From a virus (Duplodnaviria; Caudoviricetes): 64,000 bases of DNA. The notes under the pieces are model-generated. The model had not been told where the DNA came from, searched no databases, and worked only from the letters and a program-made list of their open reading frames with translations. The translations under genes were made by a program, and so were the position numbers. The stretch covers positions 129,746 to 193,745 of IMG/VR virus record IMGVR_UViG_3300033067_002132. One strand, given 5' to 3'. Every line of letters begins with the position of its first letter. The first letter of the stretch is position 1. Below are positions 19,469 to 29,366 of the stretch, one piece after another.

Positions 19469-20583
19469 TATCTTGCCTTTCCTACTGTTGGAAAACCCAT
19501 AAATGGAAGTGTATTTAAACCTATTCCGTTCCATCTGCATTTACATCCGATTACATCTTTTGCGCATTGATCTGCAATCCAATATTTTAAATTAGGTGGA
19601 GGAAATAATGGATTATTTTCTTTACAAACAAAATAATATTTAATTCCATTTTTTTCTACAAAAACATAATCCCCTTTATTATAAATAATATTCGTAGACC
19701 ATCTTCCACGATCTATTAAATCTATATTTGGTAATAATACAGATATTTTTTCATTTTTATTATTAGCAACTGGCGGTGCTATTGTTGGCAAAACAGATTT
19801 TTTTCCATGAACAGCTTCTACTCTTCTACTATTAAATTCATATAAACATCCCCATCCTCGATATTGTACAGGACATCTATTTGTCACAACAGGTCTTAAT
19901 GGTAAAGAAACTCCTTCCACATCTAATAAAGAACCTAATTCTAGCTCTATTCCAAATTTATTTTCTCCAGATTTTCTATCAACCCAAAAAATATCTCTTG
20001 GAAATTCTTGAAATGGGTCAGGGTTAAAGTCTTTTGGTTTTTGTTTTCCATAAAAATTTATTTCATCTAAATTTTTAACAAATGTTCTTATTCTAGTAAC
20101 TTTTGCACCAACTAAACCCCCTAATAAAGCGATTTGTTGTTTTAATAATGATATAACTCCTAAATCTTGAGTATTTTCTGAATCTATACTTATACTTATT
20201 TTAGGCGTAGGTAAAACACCTTTTGTACTTAATTCGTATCCTTCTGCATTAATTGGAGCAGCGACGTATTTTTTACCTTGCCAAAAGATATGAGATCTTG
20301 TTAAATTTATAGAATTATGAAATCTAAAAATAGTTGTATCTTCATTTGTTTGTTCTAAAGTATTTTCTTCAATTTTTACTATTACACTTTGTCCACTTTC
20401 ACCACGACTCCCGGCATCATTAATAATTTCTTCTCTAGTTTTTTGAGTATAACTTATTAGTCCATGTTCAAAAGCGATATCAGTAATATCTATTTCAAAC
20501 ATAGTAATAATAGCAGAAGGATTTAATGAAAATAATTCACTATTAAAATTTTGACTTGAAACTTTTGCTTCAGATAAATTCAT
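19468..20583 (-). CDS. Minor tail protein L (lambda gpL-like, Cys cluster)
   Basis: IFWQGKKYVAAPINAEG, GAKVTRIRTFVKNLD, FWVDRKS, CPVQYRGWGC...CAK..GCKCRW, LPFMGFP. Confidence 0.9.
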   Translation of the reverse strand: MNLSEAKVSSQNFNSELFSLNPSAIITMFEIDITDIAFEHGLISYTQKTREEIINDAGSRGESGQSVIVKIEENTLEQTNEDTTIFRFHNSINLTRSHIFWQGKKYVAAPINAEGYELSTKGVLPTPKISISIDSENTQDLGVISLLKQQIALLGGLVGAKVTRIRTFVKNLDEINFYGKQKPKDFNPDPFQEFPRDIFWVDRKSGENKFGIELELGSLLDVEGVSLPLRPVVTNRCPVQYRGWGCLYEFNSRRVEAVHGKKSVLPTIAPPVANNKNEKISVLLPNIDLIDRGRWSTNIIYNKGDYVFVEKNGIKYYFVCKENNPLFPPPNLKYWIADQCAKDVIGCKCRWNGIGLNTLPFMGFPTVGKAR

Positions 20584-20587
20584 AATT

Positions 20588-21112
20588 TTAAATTGAAACT
20601 TCTTCTATTTTTATAGAAATTGTTTGTCTATTATAAGTAATATAATTTGTTTCCCAACTTCTACATAAAAATCTTTTAAGAACATCAAAAGGTTTAGATG
20701 GAATATATAAAAATGATTCAACGCCTGCTCTTGTTTTTAAAAAATGATTTATTGCTAAACATTCTAAATCATCTCTATTTTCAAAATTTAAAGTTGTTTC
20801 TATTAAAATATTATTAATACCATCTGGTCTTCTTTGTTCATATCCATCTCCATATTTAGAAGATATAATTCTAGGCGTAGTAGTAACATTAGTTCCATAA
20901 GAAGGACGCCAAAAGAAAAAAGGTACTGAATCTCCATTTACATCAATTTTAATTCCATCCCATAATCCTTTTAATATATCCGATTGTAAATTTGCACTAG
21001 AAGTATGATCTGACGTAGCATAATAAAAATCTCCATTATTATATACAAAATTATTTTTTTTATAATCTGTACTAATTTGCCATATATCTTGACTATTAAT
21101 ATTTTGGTCCAT
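20588..21112 (-). CDS. Minor tail protein M (distal-tail-like) with N-terminal CBM-like motif
   Basis: PRIISSKYGDGYEQRRPDGINN, FLKTRAGVESF. Confidence 0.85.
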   Translation of the reverse strand: MDQNINSQDIWQISTDYKKNNFVYNNGDFYYATSDHTSSANLQSDILKGLWDGIKIDVNGDSVPFFFWRPSYGTNVTTTPRIISSKYGDGYEQRRPDGINNILIETTLNFENRDDLECLAINHFLKTRAGVESFLYIPSKPFDVLKRFLCRSWETNYITYNRQTISIKIEEVSI

Positions 21113-21172
21113 TCCTTTTACCTTATATTAATTATATTACACTTTTATTCAAAAAAATTGTGTAATTTTAAT
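21113..21172. promoter_or_regulatory. Divergent pair of GTGTAA motifs (minus 21137-21142, plus 21160-21165)
   Basis: Minus AAGTGTAATAATATTAATATAAGGTAAAAGGAATG; plus TTGTGTAATTTTAATATG. Confidence 0.65.
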
Positions 21173-22069
21173 ATGATGGGAACATTTGTTCCATTTTTAT
21201 CAAAGACAAGGGAAACGGAAAGGTTTTTATTGGACGGAAAGGAAATTCCGGGAGTTCAAAACGTTCAATTAGGATATAGCCTTAACGCTTCTCCGCTTCT
21301 ATATTTAGGTAATCAAAATATCAATTTTATACCTAGAGGAACACAAAATGGTCGGGTTTCTATTAATAATTGGATTATTAGTAACGATTATTTTATTCCA
21401 TTTACGGGAAATTCTGGTTGTAATGGATATTTAATTAATTCTAGACCACCTACAGGAACTATAAGAAAAGAAGTAAGAAAATTTTATGATTTAAATATCG
21501 TAGGATTTATATCAGGATATTTAAGTTCTTATAATCAAAGTTGTGTTATAGGTGAGGTTCCTAGAACTCAAGTAGATTTTACTGTTTTTGGAGATATTGG
21601 AGAATTAGATAGTATAAATCATCCAATAGTAGAAACTGATTGGAGAACGAAAGTTATGACTGATCAATTAAATAGTAGATATACTATTTCAAATGGTTAT
21701 AATATTGATTTAAATATAGATGAAATTAATGCTAGTCGAATTATTTCTTATGATTTTACAATTAACGTTAATAGAGATCCTAAATATATTCCGGGATTAA
21801 AAATGCCTGTTTATATTCAAACAAAATCTCCAAAAGAAGTTACATTTAATTTTCAAATAGAAATAGATTCGTATAAAATGGATTATTTAACTAGTTATCC
21901 AAATATACAAAATAAACAAAATATTTCATTAACATTAAAAGATTTTGAAACGGATACTACTATTATTAATTATTCTTTTGATAATATGTTATTAATTTCT
22001 ACAGAAAGAATATCTAATGTGGATAATCTTGTGACAGCAAATCTTACATATAAAGGATATTATATTTAA
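21173..22069 (+). CDS. Structural protein, probable tandem tail-tube (Hcp-like) folds
   Basis: Beta-rich, two internally similar halves; start moved to ATG 21173 (the TTG at 21077 overlaps gene M). Confidence 0.5.
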   Translation: MMGTFVPFLSKTRETERFLLDGKEIPGVQNVQLGYSLNASPLLYLGNQNINFIPRGTQNGRVSINNWIISNDYFIPFTGNSGCNGYLINSRPPTGTIRKEVRKFYDLNIVGFISGYLSSYNQSCVIGEVPRTQVDFTVFGDIGELDSINHPIVETDWRTKVMTDQLNSRYTISNGYNIDLNIDEINASRIISYDFTINVNRDPKYIPGLKMPVYIQTKSPKEVTFNFQIEIDSYKMDYLTSYPNIQNKQNISLTLKDFETDTTIINYSFDNMLLISTERISNVDNLVTANLTYKGYYI

Positions 22070-22902
22070 TGTTAATTAATTTTAAAGATATTCAAGTTTC
22101 TGTAAGTGGTATTCCTATAATGGTAGAAAATGCCTCTTTTAGTTATGATTCTAATTTATTACCTGTTCATTCTATAGGTTATAAAAATTGTGTTGGATAT
22201 GTAAATTCAGGACCAAATAACTATAAATTATCATTATCTTATATAATGGAAGTAAATAAAGATCCAAATTTTACAGGATTTTTTAATTATATTCAAAATA
22301 GAAATATATTTGGAGAAACAGCTATTCCTATTGTTATAGGAAATATAAGTGGTATGTATTATCCCGTATCTTTTAATATAGAAACAAATACTCCTTCTGA
22401 TATTATCATAGGCAAAATAGAATATGTTTCTTTTTCACCTGTTTCTGGAAATTTATCAGAATCTAATCCTTTAAATTATAATGTTTCTAATAATAATGAT
22501 ATAGCACATTTATGGAATACTAAAATGCTTTTAGATAATAATCATGCATATGGAAAATCTATTTTAGATTTTAGTTATTCAGCTAATATTAACTGGGAAC
22601 CACAATACACTATTGGTAGTATTTATCCAACAAAAGTATTATTATTAGATGGAAATGAAAATATAAATCTTTCCACAACTATTTATAATAGTATTCCATA
22701 TTCAGGACAATTATTTTCTGATTATTTTAATTGTAATGAAGCATTAATAAGTATTTGATCTATGTCTTCTTTAAATAATATTAATGATATATCTAGATTA
22801 ATTATAAGTGGTATAGAAAAATTCTATATTTCTTCTTCTAATATAGATTTTAATTCAGAGGGATTATCTAAACCTACAATAACAATAAGTAGAACTTTTT
22901 AA
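22069..22902 (+). CDS. Paralogous structural protein interrupted by an in-frame TGA at 22756-22758 (readthrough, pseudogene or sequence error)
   Basis: Same frame stays open for 47 more codons to TAA 22900-22902, 1 nt before the next ATG; the extension matches the C-terminal strand pattern of both neighbours. Confidence 0.55.
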
Positions 22903-22903
22903 T

Positions 22904-25006
22904 ATGAGATATTCTTATAAAGATCTTAAAATAAGATTAAATAATATAGATATATTAGTAAACAATGCTAATTTAAATATTGTTTATCCTACTGAATATT
23001 ATAAAGAAATAGGTGATAAATATTCAAATAAAACTTTTAATAATACCCCAAATATAGCATCAACATTAAGTTTATCATATTATTTACAAAGAAATGATTT
23101 TTTAAAATATTATATATCTAATGATAATCTGATTAATTGTTATTTCGCAGGTATTAATTTATATAGTGGTTATTTAAAATCTTATAATTTATCTTTAGAA
23201 GAAAATTCTCCTATATTAATAGATGCAACACTTTTATTTTGGTCTAAACCAGAAGGATTTATTACGGGAATTGAATCTTCTATTTTAAATAATTTATCTT
23301 TTTTACAATCTTCAGATATAGTTATTAATTCAATATCGGAAGAATGGTTGCCTTATAATGTAGATATAAAAAAATTATCTTATAATTATGAGGCGGATAT
23401 AATACCACAAAATTTAATTAAATCATTCGATAATATAAATAATGGTGGGCAAAATCCAGATGAAATTATTTTTAGAGATAAAAATGTTAATATAGAAATA
23501 GAAGGATCTTTTTGGGCAACAACAGGTTCTTTTAATCTTTTAGGGAATAAAATTATAGGTAAAATTAATTTTGTTGATACTCAATCTCCAATTTTTACAG
23601 ATAGTTTATTAATTAATGGAAATATTATTAATTTTTCAAATGAAATACAATCAAAAAATTCAGCAAGCTCTAAAATTTCTGTACAACAAAATATTTTTCA
23701 AAATCCTCCTATAATTTATGGATCTAGTTCACAGCCATTTAATACTAATAATTTAGTATATGTACAATGTACAAATTTAACAAAAGTATTAGAAGTAAAA
23801 TTAAATAATAAAAATATAGAATATTCTATTTTAGGCGACAATTTATTTTTTGAAACTCCTGCTGATTCAGTTTCAGGAAAATTATTTATTAAAACGGAAG
23901 GTGGAGAAATATCTTCTGGTGTTAATATCTTACCTAAAAATATGACAATAGAAAGAATAATTCCATATACAGGATATTCTGGACAAAATATTTTAATTAC
24001 AGGATCAAATTTTTATGATATTTCTAATATTTATTTTGGAAGTAAAGACTGTAATAAATTTGAAGTAGTATCAAATAATTTAATATATGCAGAAGTACCA
24101 TTTAATGCTTCTTATAATTATATACAGATATCATCTATTTTTAGAGGAAAAACTGCTTCTTCACCAGAAAAATTTGTATCTTTACCTATTATTACGAATT
24201 TTAATCCTCAATATGTAGATAACGGAGATCTTATTACTATTTCTGGAAGAAATTTTAATTCAGTAACAGGTGTATATATTAATAAAATTAATTCTGCTTT
24301 TACTTTAGTGAATGATTATAAAATTACTGCAACCGTACCTAATGGTTTAATTTATGGAGGAATTTCTTTATATGCTCAAAGTGGATTAGTATCAAATAGT
24401 TCTTTTTTCTTAAAACCAAATGTAAAAATTACTGGATTTTCGCCAAATATTGTACAAGAAGGTGATACATTAATAATTTCAGGAAAAAATTTCGATGTTA
24501 GTTATATGTATGAATATTCTGAAGAAAATAAATATGCTGTATTATTTCAAAAAAATAAATTAGGAAAATTCTCTATTATAAATTCTACAACACTTCAAGG
24601 ATTTGTTCCTACAGATATGATCGCAGGAGGAGTATATATTTTAGATCAAGATGGAGCTTCTATATATCCAAGTGGTAAAAATATTAGTAAAAAAATTACT
24701 GTTCCGGTGATAGAAAGTTTAAATAATACTATAGCTTATAGTGGTTTACCATTCTATACAACAATAGTAGGAGAAAATTTAGAATTTGTAAGTGGAATTT
24801 GGTTAAATTCAGTTAATTTAGCTACTCCCGTTAAATTTATAATAAGTGGAACTAATTTCTATAAAGATTTAGATGGATTTAAAATTGATTTAGTTAATTA
24901 TATTCCACTAGGATTAAATATTACAGGAGCATATGATTTATCTGTTGTCTCTACGGGAAATATTTATGGTGTTGCTCCTGTAAATTATAGAATTAAATTA
25001 AAATAA
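22904..25006 (+). CDS. Structural protein: tube-like N-terminal region plus about five IPT/TIG Ig-like domains
   Basis: N-terminus (YKDLKIRLNNIDILVNNA) parallels the previous gene (FKDIQVSVSGIPIMVENA); repeats P.I..F.P....G..I.ISG.NF. Confidence 0.7.
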   Translation: MRYSYKDLKIRLNNIDILVNNANLNIVYPTEYYKEIGDKYSNKTFNNTPNIASTLSLSYYLQRNDFLKYYISNDNLINCYFAGINLYSGYLKSYNLSLEENSPILIDATLLFWSKPEGFITGIESSILNNLSFLQSSDIVINSISEEWLPYNVDIKKLSYNYEADIIPQNLIKSFDNINNGGQNPDEIIFRDKNVNIEIEGSFWATTGSFNLLGNKIIGKINFVDTQSPIFTDSLLINGNIINFSNEIQSKNSASSKISVQQNIFQNPPIIYGSSSQPFNTNNLVYVQCTNLTKVLEVKLNNKNIEYSILGDNLFFETPADSVSGKLFIKTEGGEISSGVNILPKNMTIERIIPYTGYSGQNILITGSNFYDISNIYFGSKDCNKFEVVSNNLIYAEVPFNASYNYIQISSIFRGKTASSPEKFVSLPIITNFNPQYVDNGDLITISGRNFNSVTGVYINKINSAFTLVNDYKITATVPNGLIYGGISLYAQSGLVSNSSFFLKPNVKITGFSPNIVQEGDTLIISGKNFDVSYMYEYSEENKYAVLFQKNKLGKFSIINSTTLQGFVPTDMIAGGVYILDQDGASIYPSGKNISKKITVPVIESLNNTIAYSGLPFYTTIVGENLEFVSGIWLNSVNLATPVKFIISGTNFYKDLDGFKIDLVNYIPLGLNITGAYDLSVVSTGNIYGVAPVNYRIKLK

Positions 25007-25747
25007 TTATTTTTTTTCTTTCTTTTTTAATCTTAAAATTAAATCTAATAGAACAGAAGTAGGAATATCATTTACTGTTAAAAAGGCATCGGCCCCTTGA
25101 ACTGCTTCTAAAACTAATTTATTTTTAATATCATCAAAAACTAATTTTCTATTTCTCATCAATTTTTCTAGAGAAATAATTGCTTGTGATCTTGTATCTG
25201 TTATTTTTTCCTCTACTGTAGTAGAATCAGTAGGGCTTTGATCTATTTCTCCTAATTCTTTATCTGAAACAATATTAATTTTTAAGAAATTTCTAACCGC
25301 TCTCGCAAAAGCACGATTTTCTGCCATTTCAATAAGATATCTTCTGGCAAAATCTCTTACATTATTAAGACTAGCTCCTGCTAAAGATTCAAAAATAATT
25401 GTTTCTCCTAAAGTTTCATAATTAGGTATCCAAGTAATACGACATCTTGTAGAAGCATATTCTTCACTTGCATTAATAACTTCATAAGAAACGTTAGAAA
25501 ACCCTCTTAATTGAGCTAAATATTTAATTCCACCTAGTAATATTATTAATTCGTCTTCGTTTAATTTTGTTATATCTGTTTCTTTTGTTTTAGATTTATT
25601 AGGAATTAAAAATTCCTTAGGAATCATTTTTCTCCAATCAATAGTACCATCTTCTTCTTTAAAGAAATAATCAATATGTGTATATAACCCCCATTGATTT
25701 CTTTGTAAAAGAGTCGGAGGTACGCATGTTATAATTTTATTTTCCAT
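25007..25747 (-). CDS. Hypothetical, possible Rad52/RecT-like single-strand annealing protein
   Basis: GIKYLAQLRG ... EMAENRAFARAVR helix reminiscent of annealases. Confidence 0.4.
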   Translation of the reverse strand: MENKIITCVPPTLLQRNQWGLYTHIDYFFKEEDGTIDWRKMIPKEFLIPNKSKTKETDITKLNEDELIILLGGIKYLAQLRGFSNVSYEVINASEEYASTRCRITWIPNYETLGETIIFESLAGASLNNVRDFARRYLIEMAENRAFARAVRNFLKINIVSDKELGEIDQSPTDSTTVEEKITDTRSQAIISLEKLMRNRKLVFDDIKNKLVLEAVQGADAFLTVNDIPTSVLLDLILRLKKKEKK

Positions 25748-25748
25748 A

Positions 25749-26930
25749 TTATTTTTTAACTAAAATATTAAAATATTCTAGATCTTTCCAAAATAAATTA
25801 TCTTTAATATAATCTTTCATTGGAATAGGATCATATGAAAATCCAGATACTATATCTTTATTATTTTTATAGCTACAATGACTTGGGAACATTTTTCCTT
25901 GACTTAAAGTATATTTACTTGATTTAAAATATAATAAACTTGGATCTATATTATTAATAATTTCTGGTATTATTGTAGTCTTTTCAAAAATTAAACCATA
26001 ATCCATATAATTAATTTTATATTTAGATAATATATCTTTATTTAAATATGATATTAAAACATATTTTATATTAGATTTTTGTAAATATTTAATAAATTTT
26101 GGATCATTATCTTCTTCAATAATATAAATTATTTCTTGTATATTTTGTTTAAAAGATTCTATTATTCTTGAATTTATAGATTTATTTGTAATAATAATAC
26201 ATTTATTTAAATTTAATTGTTCTTGAAGATTTATTTCATTAAATTCTAAATCCATTCTAACAATAATATTATCTATACCAAAATCTTTTACATTTATTAC
26301 TTGATTTGGTATCGTTTCTAAAATTTGATTTTTATAAGAATCTCCAAGAAGAAGTGTTTTAAATTTATAAGAAAAATCAATATTTAATAAAGTACAAACA
26401 GAAGATGCGATTAATTCTGGACTTATAGTATTAATTGTTTTAGGATTTTCATTATTAGAAAATGATGGTTTTATACCATATCCTCTTTTTGGTTCTAATA
26501 AAATTTGATTATCTTTATTACCCCAATAAGGACCACAACTTTCAATAAAATTTGTAGAATATAATGCAACAATTGGTTTATCAAAAAAACTTGCTACATG
26601 TACAGGAAAAGAATCAACTCCTAAATGAAGTAAACTATTTTTAATTATATATGCGACATTATTTATATTTGTTTGACCCAAAGTAATATAACAACCATTT
26701 AATTTCTGATCATTAGCTGTTCCTATTTGAACTAAACTAATATTTAATTTAGATAAATATGGATGTAAAATATTTACCACCTCTTGAGCATGATCATAAC
26801 TTTTAGCATCTTTACTATTAAAATGAACAGTTATATACTTATCAACGCTCATTGGAAAATATTTGGGTAAAATAAATGGTTTATTTATTTTTGATCCCAT
26901 TGATAACGCATATGTTTCTAATAAGTGCAT
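25749..26930 (-). CDS. GT9 (heptosyltransferase-like) C-terminal half plus unknown domain
   Basis: KYITVH...KSY, VQIG, HLGVDSFPVHVAS..KPIVALY; lacks the GT9 N-terminal domain. Confidence 0.7.
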   Translation of the reverse strand: MHLLETYALSMGSKINKPFILPKYFPMSVDKYITVHFNSKDAKSYDHAQEVVNILHPYLSKLNISLVQIGTANDQKLNGCYITLGQTNINNVAYIIKNSLLHLGVDSFPVHVASFFDKPIVALYSTNFIESCGPYWGNKDNQILLEPKRGYGIKPSFSNNENPKTINTISPELIASSVCTLLNIDFSYKFKTLLLGDSYKNQILETIPNQVINVKDFGIDNIIVRMDLEFNEINLQEQLNLNKCIIITNKSINSRIIESFKQNIQEIIYIIEEDNDPKFIKYLQKSNIKYVLISYLNKDILSKYKINYMDYGLIFEKTTIIPEIINNIDPSLLYFKSSKYTLSQGKMFPSHCSYKNNKDIVSGFSYDPIPMKDYIKDNLFWKDLEYFNILVKK

Positions 26931-26932
26931 AA

Positions 26933-28861
26933 TTAATCTTGTAATTTAAGAGCTAAATTTGTCTTACCATTATTTAAATAATTTAAATTTCTTTGAGTAT
27001 TAAAATAAGGATGAAAAGATAATTCAAAAAAACCTTTATGACTTCCAATACCTTCAAGCCATACTTGACTATCCATTTGTGGAATATATTGAATTAATTT
27101 ATGTATATGTGGATTACCTATTAATACATCAAAAAATTCAGGTTTTGTCGCAACATATAAATTTGCCCAAGGATATTGTTTTTTTAAACTTTCAAAAGTT
27201 GCAGTAATTATAAAAATATCCCCAATAGCTTCAGGCATTACTAAAATAATTCTTTTGCCTTCATCATCTTTATCTAAAGTATCACTAAATTGTATTTGAG
27301 TGTTTTTATTATTTTCTTGATTAGCTGTTTGTCTAAAAAAATCTTCTATTTGTTTTCTCGGCATTTGTTTAGAAATTTGAGCTATCCAATGTTGATATCC
27401 CGAATCTTTTTCATCAACATTCATATTTAAAATATTTTTATATAAAGATTTTATCCATTCTCCATTATCTTTTATTTCTTCTATTTTGGCGTTTGGATTT
27501 TTTATATCTAATTTTGGTATATAATCATATTGAACAGGAGATAAATTATCAAGAAAATCTTCTATTTGTTTACCAACAGATTCTATAGCGTAATTTTTAA
27601 TCGTCCAATCTCTACCAGTTTTTCCTATTTTTTCTCTTTGTGGTAAATCCATTTCATATATTTTTTGCAACTGTTTTGCAATAGAACTAGGATAAGTAGA
27701 AGCTTTTCTAAATTCAGTTCCTTGTTCTCTATATTCTGCCCATTCTAATGGGAATGATCCTGATCCAGATTCACATAATTCTTCACCACAACTATAATTT
27801 GTAACCAATGTTATTAATTGTACTAATTTAGCTTCTTGTATAGGAATTTCTTGTCCACCTGAAGTAAAAGGATGAACATATACATCCATTAAATTATAAA
27901 TTTCATTTAATTGATTTTCATCTACACCACAAGCGACATTAGTAGTTATACAAGATTTTTCAGTTTTACAATCGGGACAATTTTGATCCTGACCTACAAA
28001 AGATTTAACATGATAATGTTTACATGCGCGACATACGTATGTAGTAAGAATTTCATTTTTATCCAAATTATATTCATCGGCTAATTTATGAATATTCCAT
28101 CCTTCACTAAAATTTGTATGTAATAATAAGTTTGATTTAATTTTAGGATTATGTTTTTTAAATATTTTATATCCTTCTAATAAATTAGGAACTGATTTCC
28201 TTAATTGATTTCTAAAAACAAAACCTATTACAAAAGAATTATCATCTATATTAAATTTGCGTCTTAAATCTAATCTTTTATGATTATCTATTTTATAAAA
28301 ATTTTTAGAATCTACTGCTCCATGTATTGTTTTAACATGTTTATTATTTAATCGATGCATTTCTTTAGTAGCAAAATCACTCCAAATCCAATAATTATTA
28401 ATTTTAGGTGCTTTTTCTACTGCGCTAGGAAGTAAAGGTAAAGAATCTAACGTCGTCCAAATAACAGAATGAATATTAGGAAACCAAAATCTATCAATAG
28501 CATAATCTACTCCCCAAATATCTTGTACTCCTATATAAACATCTGGTTTTTCTTGCATTATAATTTGATCTAAATAATATGCACCATAACTAATCCCTCT
28601 TGCTTGAAATTCTCTTTGTTCTGCGGGAAATTGATTTAAAATATTATTAAATTCAAATTGATTATCAGGCATTGTACCATAAGATTTCCAAGGTGTTCTT
28701 TTTAAATCAGGAGCATTTAATGGAAGACCACAACTATAAGATACAATTTCATACTTATTCGTATTAAATAAGTACGAAAGAATATTTTTAGTATTTTTAC
28801 CGAATCCAGTATTTGCTAATGCAAAATCTGAATGAAATAATATTTTTAGTTTTTTAGACAT
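26933..28861 (-). CDS. GT4 glycosyltransferase with inserted Zn ribbon and C-terminal GT9 N-terminal half
   Basis: NTGFGKN, FVFRNQLRK, CRAC..CPDC, PFTSGGQEIPIQEA; C-terminal ILVMPEAIGDIF...LKKQYP...GNPHIHKLI; start at ATG 28861 (MSKK). Confidence 0.8.
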   Translation of the reverse strand: MSKKLKILFHSDFALANTGFGKNTKNILSYLFNTNKYEIVSYSCGLPLNAPDLKRTPWKSYGTMPDNQFEFNNILNQFPAEQREFQARGISYGAYYLDQIIMQEKPDVYIGVQDIWGVDYAIDRFWFPNIHSVIWTTLDSLPLLPSAVEKAPKINNYWIWSDFATKEMHRLNNKHVKTIHGAVDSKNFYKIDNHKRLDLRRKFNIDDNSFVIGFVFRNQLRKSVPNLLEGYKIFKKHNPKIKSNLLLHTNFSEGWNIHKLADEYNLDKNEILTTYVCRACKHYHVKSFVGQDQNCPDCKTEKSCITTNVACGVDENQLNEIYNLMDVYVHPFTSGGQEIPIQEAKLVQLITLVTNYSCGEELCESGSGSFPLEWAEYREQGTEFRKASTYPSSIAKQLQKIYEMDLPQREKIGKTGRDWTIKNYAIESVGKQIEDFLDNLSPVQYDYIPKLDIKNPNAKIEEIKDNGEWIKSLYKNILNMNVDEKDSGYQHWIAQISKQMPRKQIEDFFRQTANQENNKNTQIQFSDTLDKDDEGKRIILVMPEAIGDIFIITATFESLKKQYPWANLYVATKPEFFDVLIGNPHIHKLIQYIPQMDSQVWLEGIGSHKGFFELSFHPYFNTQRNLNYLNNGKTNLALKLQD

Positions 28862-28862
28862 A

Positions 28863-29363
28863 TCAAAATGGCGCCGATTCAATAGGATTTACATTTTCCG
28901 ATTGTTCTTTATGTTTAGATTCGAATTCTTTTTTATCCGCCGCATAAATAGCATTAAACATTCTATCAAAACAAAATTCTAAATATAATTTTATTGTTAA
29001 ATGTTCTCCTGAGGGTAATAATGCTTTATAGATATTATTATCCTTTTCTAAAATAAATCCTCTTTTTTCTCCTTGTGATTTATCAATTAGAAATCTTAAT
29101 CTTGATTTATTATTATCAAAAATATGGGTTTTGTCTAAAATTCCTTGATCTATATTCAAAATATTATATAATTCTGCCATTTCTGATCTATTTAAAAAGA
29201 AACCCGTTGATAAACCTCCTTTAAATATTCCCATTTGATCTTGATCATTCCAATCTGTTTGTTTAGTAAAACCAACAAATAATTTGGCGTCTTTACTATT
29301 AAATGTTAATCTTAATATTGATCCCTCTTTTTTAGCATTCGGACAAAAAAATGTTAATGGCAT
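28863..29363 (-). CDS. Hypothetical protein (possible ssDNA-binding fold)
   Basis: Intact ORF in operon next to dnaE; function guessed only. Confidence 0.55.
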   Translation of the reverse strand: MPLTFFCPNAKKEGSILRLTFNSKDAKLFVGFTKQTDWNDQDQMGIFKGGLSTGFFLNRSEMAELYNILNIDQGILDKTHIFDNNKSRLRFLIDKSQGEKRGFILEKDNNIYKALLPSGEHLTIKLYLEFCFDRMFNAIYAADKKEFESKHKEQSENVNPIESAPF

Positions 29364-29366
29364 ACT

